Below are positions 1 to 10,115 of a stretch of DNA of 64,000 nt, piece after piece. The position numbers and the translations under genes are program-made. The DNA is taken from NCBI GenBank assembly GCA_904420155.1, contig CAJFUH010000003.1, positions 11,475 to 75,474 of the forward strand, given 5' to 3'. Below the pieces are notes generated by a model that searched no databases, was not told the DNA's origin, and saw only the letters and a program-made list of their open reading frames with translations. Source of the DNA: an uncultured Clostridia bacterium. GTDB taxonomy: Bacteria; Bacillota; Clostridia; Oscillospirales; Acutalibacteraceae. Each line of letters begins with the position of its first letter. Position 1 is the stretch's first letter.

Positions 1-843
1 GTCCGTCATGGTTTCTAGTACCTCCTTTATAATGCTGGCGGGCGTGGATGCACCTGCCGTAACTCCGATGTTATTAGCTTGCTGTAACGCTTGGATGGGC
101 AGCTCGTCCGCAGTCTCAATCAAAAAAGTTTTGCAGTTAGGCTGACATACATCTCTGAGTTTAGCGGTATTGGAACTATGTTTTCCCCCGATAATCAGCA
201 TCAGATCCGATTGTTTGGACAATTGAATAGCCTCTGCTTGCCTTTCTGACGTAGCATTACATATTGTATCAAAAATTGATGGATTTGTATATACCCTTTT
301 TACTATTTTCAAACAATTTTCCCATTCTGACACGCTAAAGGTAGTCTGTGCGACAACACAAAGACCTTTTTCCGGCCTCAAGGAAAGATTTTTGCTTATA
401 TTTTCCAATTCTTCCTGATTTCGGAATACATAACTCTCTCCCTGGCAATGTCCCTGTATTCCCTGTACTTCCGGATGAGAAGGATCACCAGCAATAAATA
501 CCACTTTCCCTTCTTCAGAAGCCTTTTTGACAATACGATGAATCTTTGCAACAAAAGGACACGTGGCATCTGAATAAGATATATGCTGAGCTTGTATTTT
601 CTCCCAAATATCCATAGGGATTCCATGAGAACGAATCACCAAAATATATCCAGGGGGAACTTCATCTGGGTGTGAAATAGTACGAACTCCGCGCTCTTCC
701 AACTGGGCTACCATCTGGGGATTATGAATAATAGGGCCTAACGTGCACACTTTTTTTCCGGCATCCAATAATTCTAAAATCATTTGGATAGCTCGGTTTA
801 CTCCAAAGCAGAATCCTGCGGTTTCTGCAACTGTGATTTTCAA
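1..843 (-). CDS. ispH: 4-hydroxy-3-methylbut-2-enyl diphosphate reductase IspH/LytB. First 281 codons; the 3' end lies beyond the window start.
   Basis: Absent from the ORF track (TTG start, truncated). Hand translation from TTG at 843-841, preceded by GGAGG, gives MKITVAETAGFCFGVNRAIQ...HISYSDATCPFVAKIH...ICNATSERQ...GGKHSSNTAKL. The frame is open to position 1. The three Cys motifs are typical of IspH. Confidence 0.9.
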   Translation of the reverse strand, partial: MKITVAETAGFCFGVNRAIQMILELLDAGKKVCTLGPIIHNPQMVAQLEERGVRTISHPDEVPPGYILVIRSHGIPMDIWEKIQAQHISYSDATCPFVAKIHRIVKKASEEGKVVFIAGDPSHPEVQGIQGHCQGESYVFRNQEELENISKNLSLRPEKGLCVVAQTTFSVSEWENCLKIVKRVYTNPSIFDTICNATSERQAEAIQLSKQSDLMLIIGGKHSSNTAKLRDVCQPNCKTFLIETADELPIQALQQANNIGVTAGASTPASIIKEVLETMTD

Positions 844-1454
844 TATCTTTCCTCCAATAGACGGCATATTTCATCCGCTACCTTTTTTGCGCCTATGCGG
901 CATTCCCGGGAACTTGTACCAGTGATAGCAAGAGAAGAAAAAGGAATCATTTTTCCATATCGTATGGTTACCCGATGAAAAGGCCGGATTCTCCCTTGGC
1001 TGTAAATACAGGCAGGAAGGATATCAGCTTTTGCCTTTGCTGCAATCAGTACTGCTCCTGCTTTCGGCTGGAATGAAGTATCTTTATTTCTGACACAGCC
1101 TCCTTGGGGAAAAATCCCCACTAAAGCATTATTTTCTAATAACTGTAATGCGTTATGCACCGATTCCGCATCTCCCGTCCCTCTATGAACTGGGAAAGCC
1201 CCCATTTTATAGAGAAACCACTTAGCGATTCTTCCATGGTCTGTAAATAATTCTGACTTGGCCATATAATGGATATGACGAGGACATCTCATAGCCAGAA
1301 AGAAAGGGTCTAACACCGATTTATGATTGCTGCATAAAATAACCTTTCCTTGACTAGGAATATGTTCTGTCCCATAAATTCGGATCGGAAAAATCAAACA
1401 TACGATGGGACGCAATATGCGAATCAAAAAGAAATACAATCTCCTCACCTGCAA
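840..1454 (-). CDS. 1-acyl-sn-glycerol-3-phosphate acyltransferase family protein (PlsC-like), downstream copy
   Basis: 204 aa ORF with HX4D motif NHKSVLDP and IFPQGG block. Its TGA stop overlaps the ispH TTG start (TTGA). Confidence 0.85.
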   Translation of the reverse strand: MQVRRLYFFLIRILRPIVCLIFPIRIYGTEHIPSQGKVILCSNHKSVLDPFFLAMRCPRHIHYMAKSELFTDHGRIAKWFLYKMGAFPVHRGTGDAESVHNALQLLENNALVGIFPQGGCVRNKDTSFQPKAGAVLIAAKAKADILPACIYSQGRIRPFHRVTIRYGKMIPFSSLAITGTSSRECRIGAKKVADEICRLLEERY

Positions 1455-2078
1455 TCAATTGGTTTCCTGTATATCTTTCTCTCGCATTGTACGGATTATG
1501 TCCATAATCTTTCGGCTGGCATTACGGAATTCCAGTGCTGTTCCTTCTTTTAATCCTAATTCTTCTGGGGAAATAGGATCGCTGTAAGAAATGGTTACTT
1601 TGCGAAAAAGTTTTGGCATCTTTCCACCTTTACATGAAATACAAGCCGGCACAACGGGTTTCTGGGTTTGAAAAGCCAACATGGCCGCCCCTGACTTGGG
1701 ACGCAATAATTCTCCCGTTTTAGAACGGGTGCCTTCAATAAAAATCCCTAATACGTTCTCATTTTGCAGCAGAACTTCCGCATTATTGATAGCTTGGGTA
1801 TCCCCGCTGCCTCGATGCACAGGGAAAGCTCCCAATGAACGAATCACAGCCGATACAAATTTATTATGAAACAACTCTTCTTTCGCCATAAAAAAGATCT
1901 GCCTTTTCTGTCCCAAAGCTAAAAAGACAGGGTCTTTCAGCGAAATATGATTACAACATATTATGTATCCGCCTTCCCCAGGAAGGCTGTTTTTGTGATT
2001 CACATGATATCTAAATAAAAGTTTAAAAATGGGCGGAACCAAAATTTTTCCTATATTATAAAGCGGGGATCTCTTCAT
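1455..2078 (-). CDS. 1-acyl-sn-glycerol-3-phosphate acyltransferase family protein (PlsC-like), upstream copy
   Basis: 207 aa ORF with HX4D motif NHISLKDP and FIEGTRS block. It abuts the downstream paralog with no gap and overlaps cmk by 4 nt. Confidence 0.85.
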   Translation of the reverse strand: MKRSPLYNIGKILVPPIFKLLFRYHVNHKNSLPGEGGYIICCNHISLKDPVFLALGQKRQIFFMAKEELFHNKFVSAVIRSLGAFPVHRGSGDTQAINNAEVLLQNENVLGIFIEGTRSKTGELLRPKSGAAMLAFQTQKPVVPACISCKGGKMPKLFRKVTISYSDPISPEELGLKEGTALEFRNASRKIMDIIRTMREKDIQETN

Positions 2079-2740
2079 GGCAACCGCTCCTTTATAAGGG
2101 CAATCACCCGATCCACAGACTGTTGCAGGGATAGCCCCGTCGTATCCATTTCTATGGCATCCTCCGCAGGACGAAGGGGGGCAATTTCCCGATGAGAATC
2201 CTGATAGTCCCGTTCTTTTAAGTCTTTCAAAACCTCTTCATAAGAATCCGTGGCACCGTTCTGCCTAAGCTCCTCGTATCTTCTTCTCGCCCGTTCCTCT
2301 GGAGATGCCGTCAGAAAAATCTTAAGTTGAGCGTCAGGCAATACCACCGTGCCAATATCCCGTCCATCCATGATAACAGAATGTTTTTTAGCGATATTCC
2401 TCTGAAGATCAAATAGAAAAGTTCTTATAGCAGGTACAGCAGATACCCGGGAAGCAGCCATGGATACTTCCGGCGTCCGAATTTCCTGGGAAACATCTTT
2501 CCCGCAAAGGAAAACATGTTGTTCCCCCTCAAAAAAAGCAAGCTCTATCTCCATTTTGGAAAGCATACCTTCCACCTGATCTTGCTGCGTTACATCCACA
2601 TGATTTTCTAAGGTAAATAAACCAATAGCCCGATAAAGAGCTCCTGTATCCACATAAATATATCCCATTATTTTCGCTGCTTGACGCGCAATGGTGCTTT
2701 TTCCCGCTCCGGCGGGACCATCAATGGCAATTGATACCAT
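2075..2740 (-). CDS. cmk: cytidylate kinase
   Basis: 221 aa. P-loop IAIDGPAGAGKST and typical Cmk length and layout. Confidence 0.9.
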   Translation of the reverse strand: MVSIAIDGPAGAGKSTIARQAAKIMGYIYVDTGALYRAIGLFTLENHVDVTQQDQVEGMLSKMEIELAFFEGEQHVFLCGKDVSQEIRTPEVSMAASRVSAVPAIRTFLFDLQRNIAKKHSVIMDGRDIGTVVLPDAQLKIFLTASPEERARRRYEELRQNGATDSYEEVLKDLKERDYQDSHREIAPLRPAEDAIEMDTTGLSLQQSVDRVIALIKERLP

Positions 2741-2743
2741 GAT

Positions 2744-3991
2744 TCAATATCCTCCCGATGCTGAATTTCCGGCAACCCAACCGGTAGAAAAGGCGATTTG
2801 CAGATTAAAACCGCCTGTATAGGCATCTACATCTATGACTTCTCCTGCAAAATACAGCCCTTGTATCTTTTTAGATTCCATAGTTTTGGGATTAATCTCC
2901 GAAGCCGCTACGCCTCCAGAAGTAACAATCGCTTCAGCTATTGGCCGGAACCCCTGGACGGTTACTGCCAAATGTTTTAACAAATGGACAAATCTGAGTC
3001 GCTCTTCTTTAGAAATCTGATTGCACTTCGTATTTGGGGCTATTTGCGACAACTCTACCGCCACAGGAATAAGCTTTCTTGGAAGCAATTCCCCCAACGC
3101 ATTGGAAAAGTCCCGATTGGAAAATTGGCCAAAATCCCTTTGTAATCTTTTATCTAACTGTTCCATAGAAAGTGCCGGTTTTAAATCGATTTCTATTTCA
3201 AAACATCCGCTCTCCATAGGACGCATATGTGCGCTGGCGCTTAAAATCACTGGGCCAGATAGTCCAAAATGAGTAAATAGCAGTTCTCCAAAATCTTGAT
3301 ACACCACTTTTTGTTGTTTACGATTTCTTACTTTTATGGAAATATTACGCAAGGAAAGCCCTTGTAATTTTTTACACCATGTTTCCTGTACAACCACAGG
3401 TACAAGGGAGGGCGTGGGATCTATAATAGTATGCCCCGCCTGCCTAGCCAATTCATATCCATCTCCAGTGGAACCTGTTCCCGGATAAGACAGCCCGCCA
3501 CAAGCAATCACCACCGAATCTGCTAGAATTGTTTTCCCTGCTTCTGTAATAACCCCTTGTATTCTATTTTCTTCTATTATAAGGGATTTTGCGCGCTCAT
3601 GCAACAATTTTACCCCTGTTTTTTTCACAAAACGGTACATGGCATCCACCACATCTACGGCTTTATCTGAGCAGGGAAACACACGGTTCCCCCTTTCTAT
3701 CTTTATGGGAACGCCTTGTTCTTCAAAAAAACACATGGTATCCTGGGAGGAAAAATGATGAAAAGCACTATAAAGGAAACGGCCATTGGATGGGATATGG
3801 GCAATCAATTCCGGGATTTCACAGTCGTTGGTAATGTTACATCTGCCTTTTCCGGTAATCAAAAGTTTTCTTCCCACCCGGGAATTTCTCTCCAACAGGA
3901 CAGTCGTTGCTCCCGCCTTTGCGGCAGTACCTGCCGCCATCATTCCGGCCGGACCTGCACCTATCACCAAAACAGAAACTGGATTACTCAA
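2744..3991 (-). CDS. NAD(P)/FAD-dependent oxidoreductase, HI0933/BaiN-like flavoprotein family
   Basis: 415 aa. N-terminal dinucleotide fold VIGAGPAGMMAAG and C-terminal GEVIDVDAYTGGFNLQ motif typical of the HI0933 family. Confidence 0.8.
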   Translation of the reverse strand: MSNPVSVLVIGAGPAGMMAAGTAAKAGATTVLLERNSRVGRKLLITGKGRCNITNDCEIPELIAHIPSNGRFLYSAFHHFSSQDTMCFFEEQGVPIKIERGNRVFPCSDKAVDVVDAMYRFVKKTGVKLLHERAKSLIIEENRIQGVITEAGKTILADSVVIACGGLSYPGTGSTGDGYELARQAGHTIIDPTPSLVPVVVQETWCKKLQGLSLRNISIKVRNRKQQKVVYQDFGELLFTHFGLSGPVILSASAHMRPMESGCFEIEIDLKPALSMEQLDKRLQRDFGQFSNRDFSNALGELLPRKLIPVAVELSQIAPNTKCNQISKEERLRFVHLLKHLAVTVQGFRPIAEAIVTSGGVAASEINPKTMESKKIQGLYFAGEVIDVDAYTGGFNLQIAFSTGWVAGNSASGGY

Positions 3992-4859
3992 TCATATTCT
4001 CCTCTACTTTTTCATAAACCTCGTATTCATCCCAAATTTGCTCTAATTGGTCAAAAGTAGCGATCACTTCTTGTTTTTTACGCAAAGCAATTGCAACAAT
4101 CAGGGCATTTACCACACTTAAAGGGGCAACCAGAGAATCTACGATAGAAGCCATATCGCTGCGGGCCAACAGAACATGATTGGAAGGGGGAACCAATGGG
4201 GAATCCATACTATCGGTCAAAGCGATTACCTTCGCGCCCCTATCCGATGCGAAGCGCAACGCTTTTACTGCCATTTTAGAATAACGCGGAAAGCTGATTC
4301 CAATAACAGCATCCTCTTTGCCAATGCGCATCATCTGTTCATAAATTTCGGTTTCACTAGTAGTATTCACCAGGGATACCCCTTCAAAAATTAAATTAAA
4401 ATAATATTCCAAAAAACCACCGATAGCAGCCGAGCTTCTCGTTGCAAGAATATAAATTTTTCTTGCGTTTACAATGGAATCCACTGCATTATAAAATTCT
4501 TCATGAGAGATTTCTTCCATGGTACGGCGTATTTTATCAATATCCTGATTCAATACACTGTCTAATACATCTGCATTCCCTATGCGATTACTGGTAACTT
4601 CCATCCTCTGGACTGACGTCAATTTGCTGCGGATCATCTCCTGCATTGCTTTTTGCAGCTCTGGATACCCTTCATAGCCAACTTCTGTGGCAAAACGCAC
4701 AACAGTAGATTCGCTGACGCCAACGGTTGCTCCTAATTTTGAAGCAGTCATGAAAGCTGCCTTATCATAATGTTCTTCAATATATTTCGCAATTGCCCTT
4801 TGACCTTTGGAAAAAGTAGGCATGAAAGATTCCATTCGGGCTAATAGATATTTTTTCAT
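3984..4859 (-). CDS. MurR/RpiR family transcriptional regulator (HTH plus SIS domain)
   Basis: 291 aa. N-terminal HTH_6-like region (SKLGATVGVSESTVVRFA) and C-terminal SIS-like region. Overlaps the next gene by 8 nt. Confidence 0.8.
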   Translation of the reverse strand: MKKYLLARMESFMPTFSKGQRAIAKYIEEHYDKAAFMTASKLGATVGVSESTVVRFATEVGYEGYPELQKAMQEMIRSKLTSVQRMEVTSNRIGNADVLDSVLNQDIDKIRRTMEEISHEEFYNAVDSIVNARKIYILATRSSAAIGGFLEYYFNLIFEGVSLVNTTSETEIYEQMMRIGKEDAVIGISFPRYSKMAVKALRFASDRGAKVIALTDSMDSPLVPPSNHVLLARSDMASIVDSLVAPLSVVNALIVAIALRKKQEVIATFDQLEQIWDEYEVYEKVEENMIE

Positions 4860-4984
4860 TTTTCATTCAACTCCTACATATTCATATTAATTCTTAACCC
4901 TTTAAAAAGCAAGAAAAAATTAAAAAAACGCAGGGTAGCTCATAAAAAATTTCATTTTACTGCTAATAATCTCTTGAAATATAA

Positions 4985-5025
4985 AAGAAGATCTACAATA
5001 TTCTTTCAGTATTGCAGATCTTCTT
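4985..5025 (-). terminator. rho-independent terminator after purD
   Basis: On the minus strand: AAGAAGATCTGCAATA-loop-TATTGTAGATCTTCTT followed by a T-rich tail. 16-bp stem with one G-U pair. Confidence 0.7.
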
Positions 5026-5091
5026 TTTAACTTTGAGTTAAAATCACATCAGCGCAAAGGAATCCTTGGGAATAAAAATTTATAAAAATAT

Positions 5092-6357
5092 TTATTTTGT
5101 TCTGCCAATATCTTTTCGATAATGGGCGCCTTCAAAATGAATCTTTTCCACAGCCGTATAAGCTTTTTGGAGTGCCTCTTCCAAATGGTCCGCCAAAGCC
5201 GTTACTCCCAATACACGGCCTCCAGCAGTACGAAATACGCCATCTTCATAGGAGGTTCCCGCATGATAGACGGTAGCCCCTTCCACTTGCCCTTGATCGT
5301 CCAGCCCTTGAATCTCTATCCCTTTCGCATAACTTCCCGGATAGCCACCAGAGGCCATAACCACACAAGCGGTCGCACAATCCCTCCATTTTATTTCCAG
5401 ATCTGTTAGCTTTCCATCAATGACGGCATCAATGATATCCATCAAATCGGTATCTAGACGCGGCAGTACCACCTGTGCCTCCGGATCTCCAAAACGGGCG
5501 TTATATTCGATAACCTTCGGCCCTTTGGGGGTAAGCATCAAGCCAAAATATAAGCACCCCTGGAAAGGACGCCCCTCTGCCCTCATCGCCTCCACTGTGG
5601 GTTGGAAAATCGTGCGCATGCATTCTTCCGCAATCTCTTCCGTATAGTAAGGATTTGGGCTGATAGTTCCCATGCCGCCTGTATTTTTCCCCTGATCTCC
5701 ATCATAAGCACGCTTATGGTCTTTAGAGGATACCATAGGCTTTACACAAGTTCCATCAGTAAAAGCCAAAACGGACACCTCTGGGCCTGTGAGAAATTCC
5801 TCTATTACCACTTTATTGCCAGAAGCTCCAAATACCTTTTCCTCCATAATAGAATGGACTGCCTCTTTCGCCTCTTCCAGATCCTTTGCGATTACTACAC
5901 CCTTTCCAAGAGCCAATCCATCCGCCTTGACGACTACCGGATATTGATTTTGGGACTGAATATAGGCAATCGCCTTTTGAGGATTATCAAATACCTCATA
6001 AGCGGCAGTGGGGATCTGGTACTTTTTCATCAATTCTTTGGAAAACACTTTGCTGCTTTCAATAATAGCCGCATTGGCACGAGGCCCAAAAGCACGGATT
6101 CCCTCTTTTTCCAGTGCATCTACCATACCCGCTGCAAGCGGATCATCCGGCGCTACAAATACCAAATCCATCTTTTGCTCTTTGGAAAAGGAAACTACTT
6201 TGTCAATATCCATAGCAGAAATATTGACGCACTCTGCGTCCCGGGAAATTCCTCCATTGCCTGGCGCACAATAAAGTTTGCTTACTCGCGGACTTTCTTT
6301 CAACTTGCGGACGATTGCATGTTCCCGTCCGCCGCCGCCAACTACTAAAACCTTCAT
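5092..6357 (-). CDS. purD: phosphoribosylamine-glycine ligase
   Basis: 421 aa. MKVLVVGGGGREHA start and ATP-grasp layout typical of PurD. Confidence 0.95.
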   Translation of the reverse strand: MKVLVVGGGGREHAIVRKLKESPRVSKLYCAPGNGGISRDAECVNISAMDIDKVVSFSKEQKMDLVFVAPDDPLAAGMVDALEKEGIRAFGPRANAAIIESSKVFSKELMKKYQIPTAAYEVFDNPQKAIAYIQSQNQYPVVVKADGLALGKGVVIAKDLEEAKEAVHSIMEEKVFGASGNKVVIEEFLTGPEVSVLAFTDGTCVKPMVSSKDHKRAYDGDQGKNTGGMGTISPNPYYTEEIAEECMRTIFQPTVEAMRAEGRPFQGCLYFGLMLTPKGPKVIEYNARFGDPEAQVVLPRLDTDLMDIIDAVIDGKLTDLEIKWRDCATACVVMASGGYPGSYAKGIEIQGLDDQGQVEGATVYHAGTSYEDGVFRTAGGRVLGVTALADHLEEALQKAYTAVEKIHFEGAHYRKDIGRTK

Positions 6358-6394
6358 GATTTTATAATTCCTCTCTCTTGATCATAGTATCCCA

Positions 6395-6427
6395 AATAAG
6401 GGCAGCCGCTTTCGCCCTGCCCTTATT
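6395..6427 (-). other. perfect 11-bp hairpin in the purH-purD spacer (possible intra-operon attenuator or RNA-stability element)
   Basis: AATAAGGGCAG-11 nt-CTGCCCTTATT. Short T runs on both sides, so orientation is ambiguous. Confidence 0.35.
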
Positions 6428-6443
6428 TTCGCTATGGATTTTA

Positions 6444-7622
6444 TTAATGATGGAATAAACGGATGCCTGTAAAGGCCATCGCCATATGATACTTATTACA
6501 GGTATCTATCACATTATCATCCCGGATAGAACCTCCCGGCTGGGCAATATACTGCACGCCACTGCGATGTGCCCGTTCAATATTATCACCAAAGGGGAAG
6601 AATGCGTCCGAGCCCAAAGATACCCCTGTTAGAGTGCTTATCCATGCACGCTTTTCCTCTCTGCTCAGAGGCTCCGGCTTCTCTTCAAAAAACTGTTCCC
6701 AAATACCGTCCGCCAAAACATCCATATAATCGTCTGAGATATATACATCGATGGTATTGTCTCTATCCGGACGGCGGATCCCTTCCTTAAATTTTAAGCC
6801 TAAAACCTTCGGATGTTGACGCAAGTACCAGATATCCGCTTTGTTACCTGCCAGCCGAGTACAATGTATTCTGGACTGTTGTCCGGCTCCGACGCCGATA
6901 GCCTGACCGTCCTTGGTATAGCAGACAGAATTAGACTGGGTATATTTTAATGTGATCAGCGCAAGCACCAGATCCCGTTTTGCACTTTCCGGCAACTCTT
7001 TGTTTTCTGTTACTATATTTTGAAGCAGATCCTTATCAATCCGTAAATCGTTTCTGCCCTGCTCAAAAGTCACGCCATAAACCTGTTTATGTTCTACAGG
7101 ATCGGGGACATAACTCTCATCAATTGCTACAATATTATAATTTCCTTTGCGTTTTCCTTTCAAAATGGACAATGCCTCTTTGGTATAGCCGGGAGCGATA
7201 ATGCCATCAGAAACTTCTCGGGCAATTAACGTAGCTGTAGATGCATCACATGTATCGGAAAGCGCAATCCAGTCCCCATAAGAAGACATACGATCCGCCC
7301 CCCTTGCTTTTGCATAAGCACAAGCCAAAGGAGAAAGCTCCAAGTCATCTACAAAATAGATTTTTTTCAGTGTTTCAGACAGCTCCGTCCCCACAGCAGC
7401 CCCTGCTGGACTTACATGTTTAAACGAAGTAGCACACGGTAATTGAGTAGCTTCTTTCAATTCCTTTACCAATTGCCAGCTATTAAAGGCATCCAAAAAA
7501 TTGATATAACCAGGCTTGCCGTTGAGAACTTGGATTGGAAGTTCTTTTCCATCCTGCATAAAAATACGAGATGGGACTTGATTCGGATTACATCCATATT
7601 TTAACAAAAGTTCCTTTGCCAT
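6444..7622 (-). CDS. purH: AICAR formyltransferase (PurH AICARFT domain only; no N-terminal MGS-like IMP cyclohydrolase domain)
   Basis: 392 aa. Starts directly with the AICARFT-type LKYGCNPNQ motif and contains KHVSPAGAAVG. About 120-130 aa shorter than bifunctional PurH. Confidence 0.85.
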   Translation of the reverse strand: MAKELLLKYGCNPNQVPSRIFMQDGKELPIQVLNGKPGYINFLDAFNSWQLVKELKEATQLPCATSFKHVSPAGAAVGTELSETLKKIYFVDDLELSPLACAYAKARGADRMSSYGDWIALSDTCDASTATLIAREVSDGIIAPGYTKEALSILKGKRKGNYNIVAIDESYVPDPVEHKQVYGVTFEQGRNDLRIDKDLLQNIVTENKELPESAKRDLVLALITLKYTQSNSVCYTKDGQAIGVGAGQQSRIHCTRLAGNKADIWYLRQHPKVLGLKFKEGIRRPDRDNTIDVYISDDYMDVLADGIWEQFFEEKPEPLSREEKRAWISTLTGVSLGSDAFFPFGDNIERAHRSGVQYIAQPGGSIRDDNVIDTCNKYHMAMAFTGIRLFHH

Positions 7623-7639
7623 AACACTATTCCCTTTCC

Positions 7640-8347
7640 CTAATTTTTATTTATAATCCGTGTTTCGCTTTCTCCGGTTCTGATATCGATGAAACGGACA
7701 AAAAGAGAAACCTTATTGTCTTTATGGAGGCTGTTCCACACGCTATCGGTAAAGGTATCAATATCTCCCTCTACAGCCACCAACTCCGGTTCCCCTTCAA
7801 AAGAAGGAATTGGATCCCCATCACAGCGATAAGTATGAATAAAATGGCCTTCCCCGGCTACAGGAGCAGAATATTCATAGAAAAAGCGCTGTACAGAATC
7901 CGGATTTCCCCCCGCACTTTTTAAAATGGATAGCTTATAACGAAATTCTCCATCTAATTCCACAACGCCGGAAATGCGAGGAGTATAATTAGGGGCGTCC
8001 GGTTCAAAGGTTCGAGTACGTAGCGCCTCTTCAAAACTCTTTCCTTGCTGTAGAAAATCATAAATGGTATCGGTTTGATCTCCATTGGTCACTATAGTAG
8101 TCTTTCCCCATACACGCACAGGTGAATAAATAATCAAAGAAGGATCAACCAATTTGGCGGGATCAAACGCCTGGGTCTTCAGACCGGCCCCATCCTCTAC
8201 GAATACCCGATTTCTGCTGTTCTCGCTGCGTCCCATAATGAAATAAGCAATCACCGCATGATTTCCATCCCTGCTTTTTCCCAGCAGAATCCCTCTTCCC
8301 GGATAAGCATTTTGATTTAACTCTTGTTCTATATTCTTGATCTGCAT
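7640..8347 (-). CDS. IMP cyclohydrolase, archaeal PurO-like family
   Basis: 235 aa. YPGRGILLG, YFIMGRSENSRNR, IVTNGDQTDTI and APNYTPRISG match my recollection of the PurO family. Sits exactly where the missing PurH domain function is needed. Confidence 0.75.
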   Translation of the reverse strand: MQIKNIEQELNQNAYPGRGILLGKSRDGNHAVIAYFIMGRSENSRNRVFVEDGAGLKTQAFDPAKLVDPSLIIYSPVRVWGKTTIVTNGDQTDTIYDFLQQGKSFEEALRTRTFEPDAPNYTPRISGVVELDGEFRYKLSILKSAGGNPDSVQRFFYEYSAPVAGEGHFIHTYRCDGDPIPSFEGEPELVAVEGDIDTFTDSVWNSLHKDNKVSLFVRFIDIRTGESETRIINKN

Positions 8348-8354
8348 GGTTCCG

Positions 8355-8981
8355 TTACTCCTTTATCATGGCTTTCCCATTTTGTACCTGAATCTTTCCT
8401 TGGCAAAACAGGGAGACCGCTCGAGGCAATAAACGCCATTCGGCTTGTTCCATCACGCGTCTCTGTAGCGTTTCCGGCGTGTCATCAGGCTGGACCTCTA
8501 CCGCCTTTTGTAAGAGAATCGGCCCGCCGTCGCATACCTCATTGACAAAATGCACGGTAGCGCCCGTTACCTTAACCCCTGCGTCCAATACCGCCTGATG
8601 CACACGCAATCCATAATACCCTTTTCCGCAAAAAGAAGGGATCAAAGCGGGATGTACATTGATAATCCGGTTTGGATAGGCTTCCACCACAGATTTCCCA
8701 ATAATGGTCATAAATCCGGCCAACACAATCAGATCTGTGTTATGTTTTTTCAGTAATTGCACTAAGGCTTTATCATACTCTTCCGCCGTGGCATAGTCCT
8801 TACGGATAATGATCTCTGTATCTATCCCAGCGTTTCGGGCACGCTGCAACGCATAGGCATCCGGCCTACTAGAAATAACGCAATGGATACGCCCTCCTTT
8901 GATCTCCCCTCTGGACTGGGCATCCAGCAAAGCTTGTAGGTTCGTACCCCCTCCGGATACCAGAACGGTCACATTTAGCAT
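8355..8981 (-). CDS. purN: phosphoribosylglycinamide formyltransferase
   Basis: 208 aa with [13 protein letters not shown] and [12 protein letters not shown] motifs. Confidence 0.9.
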   Translation of the reverse strand: MLNVTVLVSGGGTNLQALLDAQSRGEIKGGRIHCVISSRPDAYALQRARNAGIDTEIIIRKDYATAEEYDKALVQLLKKHNTDLIVLAGFMTIIGKSVVEAYPNRIINVHPALIPSFCGKGYYGLRVHQAVLDAGVKVTGATVHFVNEVCDGGPILLQKAVEVQPDDTPETLQRRVMEQAEWRLLPRAVSLFCQGKIQVQNGKAMIKE

Positions 8982-10009
8982 AACACGACTCCCTCATCTC
9001 CAGTGACGACTTCCCCTAAAACCACGGCGCCTTCTCCAGAAGCGCGCACTGCTTCTACCGCTTGATCCACCTGTTCCGAAGGAATCACAACACACATTCC
9101 CACGCCCATATTAAACGTATTGAACATATCATGTTCCGAAATATTTCCTTCTTTTTGCATGACTTGGAATATGGGCAGCACTGGTACCGCCGTCTTATTG
9201 ATCTTAGCCGTCAATCCCGCAGACATCATACGCGGAATATTTTCATAGAAACCACCGCCGGTGATGTGTGAAACTGCTTTGACGTCACATTTGCTGGTCA
9301 AAGATTTCATAGCTTTCACATAGATCTTAGTGGGAGTAAGCAGTTCTTCTCCCAAGGTCTTTCCAAACTCTGCAATGTATTTCTTAGAATTTTGCTCATT
9401 GATATCAAAAATACGGCGTACCAAAGAAAATCCATTGGAGTGGACACCGGAGGATTTAATGCCAATAATAGCATCTCCCGCTTGCAGCCGAGTACCGTCA
9501 ATCATTTTTTTACGATCCACGATCCCCACAGAAAAGCCGGCTACATCATAATCCCCGACAGGATAAAAACCTGGCATTTCGGCAGTCTCCCCTCCTATCA
9601 GAGCACAACCGGACTGCACGCAACCTTCCGCAATACCGGATACAATGCAAGCCACTTGTTCTGGGATATTTTTGCCCAGGGCGATATAATCCAGGAAGAA
9701 GAGCGGCTGAGCTCCTACCGTGATGATATCGTTGACACACATGGCCACACAGTCAATACCAATGGTATCGTGCTTGTCCATCAAAAAGGCAATCTTTAGT
9801 TTCGTCCCTACGCCATCGGTACCGGAGACGAGGATAGGCTCTTCCATCCCCGCTAAATCTGGTTGAAACAAACCGCCAAAACCACCAATACTGGAAATCG
9901 CTCCGGGAATTTTGGTACGGGCTACATGCTGTTTCATCAATTCTACTGCTTTATAGCCTGCTGTTACATCTACACCCGCTGCCTTATAGCTATCGCTAAA
10001 ACTTTTCAT
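8975..10009 (-). CDS. purM: phosphoribosylformylglycinamidine cyclo-ligase (AIR synthetase)
   Basis: 344 aa with SYKAAGVD and GTDGVGTK motifs. Confidence 0.95.
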   Translation of the reverse strand: MKSFSDSYKAAGVDVTAGYKAVELMKQHVARTKIPGAISSIGGFGGLFQPDLAGMEEPILVSGTDGVGTKLKIAFLMDKHDTIGIDCVAMCVNDIITVGAQPLFFLDYIALGKNIPEQVACIVSGIAEGCVQSGCALIGGETAEMPGFYPVGDYDVAGFSVGIVDRKKMIDGTRLQAGDAIIGIKSSGVHSNGFSLVRRIFDINEQNSKKYIAEFGKTLGEELLTPTKIYVKAMKSLTSKCDVKAVSHITGGGFYENIPRMMSAGLTAKINKTAVPVLPIFQVMQKEGNISEHDMFNTFNMGVGMCVVIPSEQVDQAVEAVRASGEGAVVLGEVVTGDEGVVLC

Positions 10010-10115
10010 AATTTCCTCCGCAACTCTGTATTCATGGTGAAATCAATCGTTTCTGACAATTGGCCGACTGCCTAGCGAAAAGGATTTTGTTTCACCTATC
10101 ATTTTATATTGATTT

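Noticed and set aside
396-978. ORF-track entries 396-626(-), 743-925(+) and 784-978(+) near the window start
   Set aside because: They are out of frame with, or antisense to, the hand-translated ispH reading frame. That frame is continuous from 843 to 1 and carries the IspH motifs.
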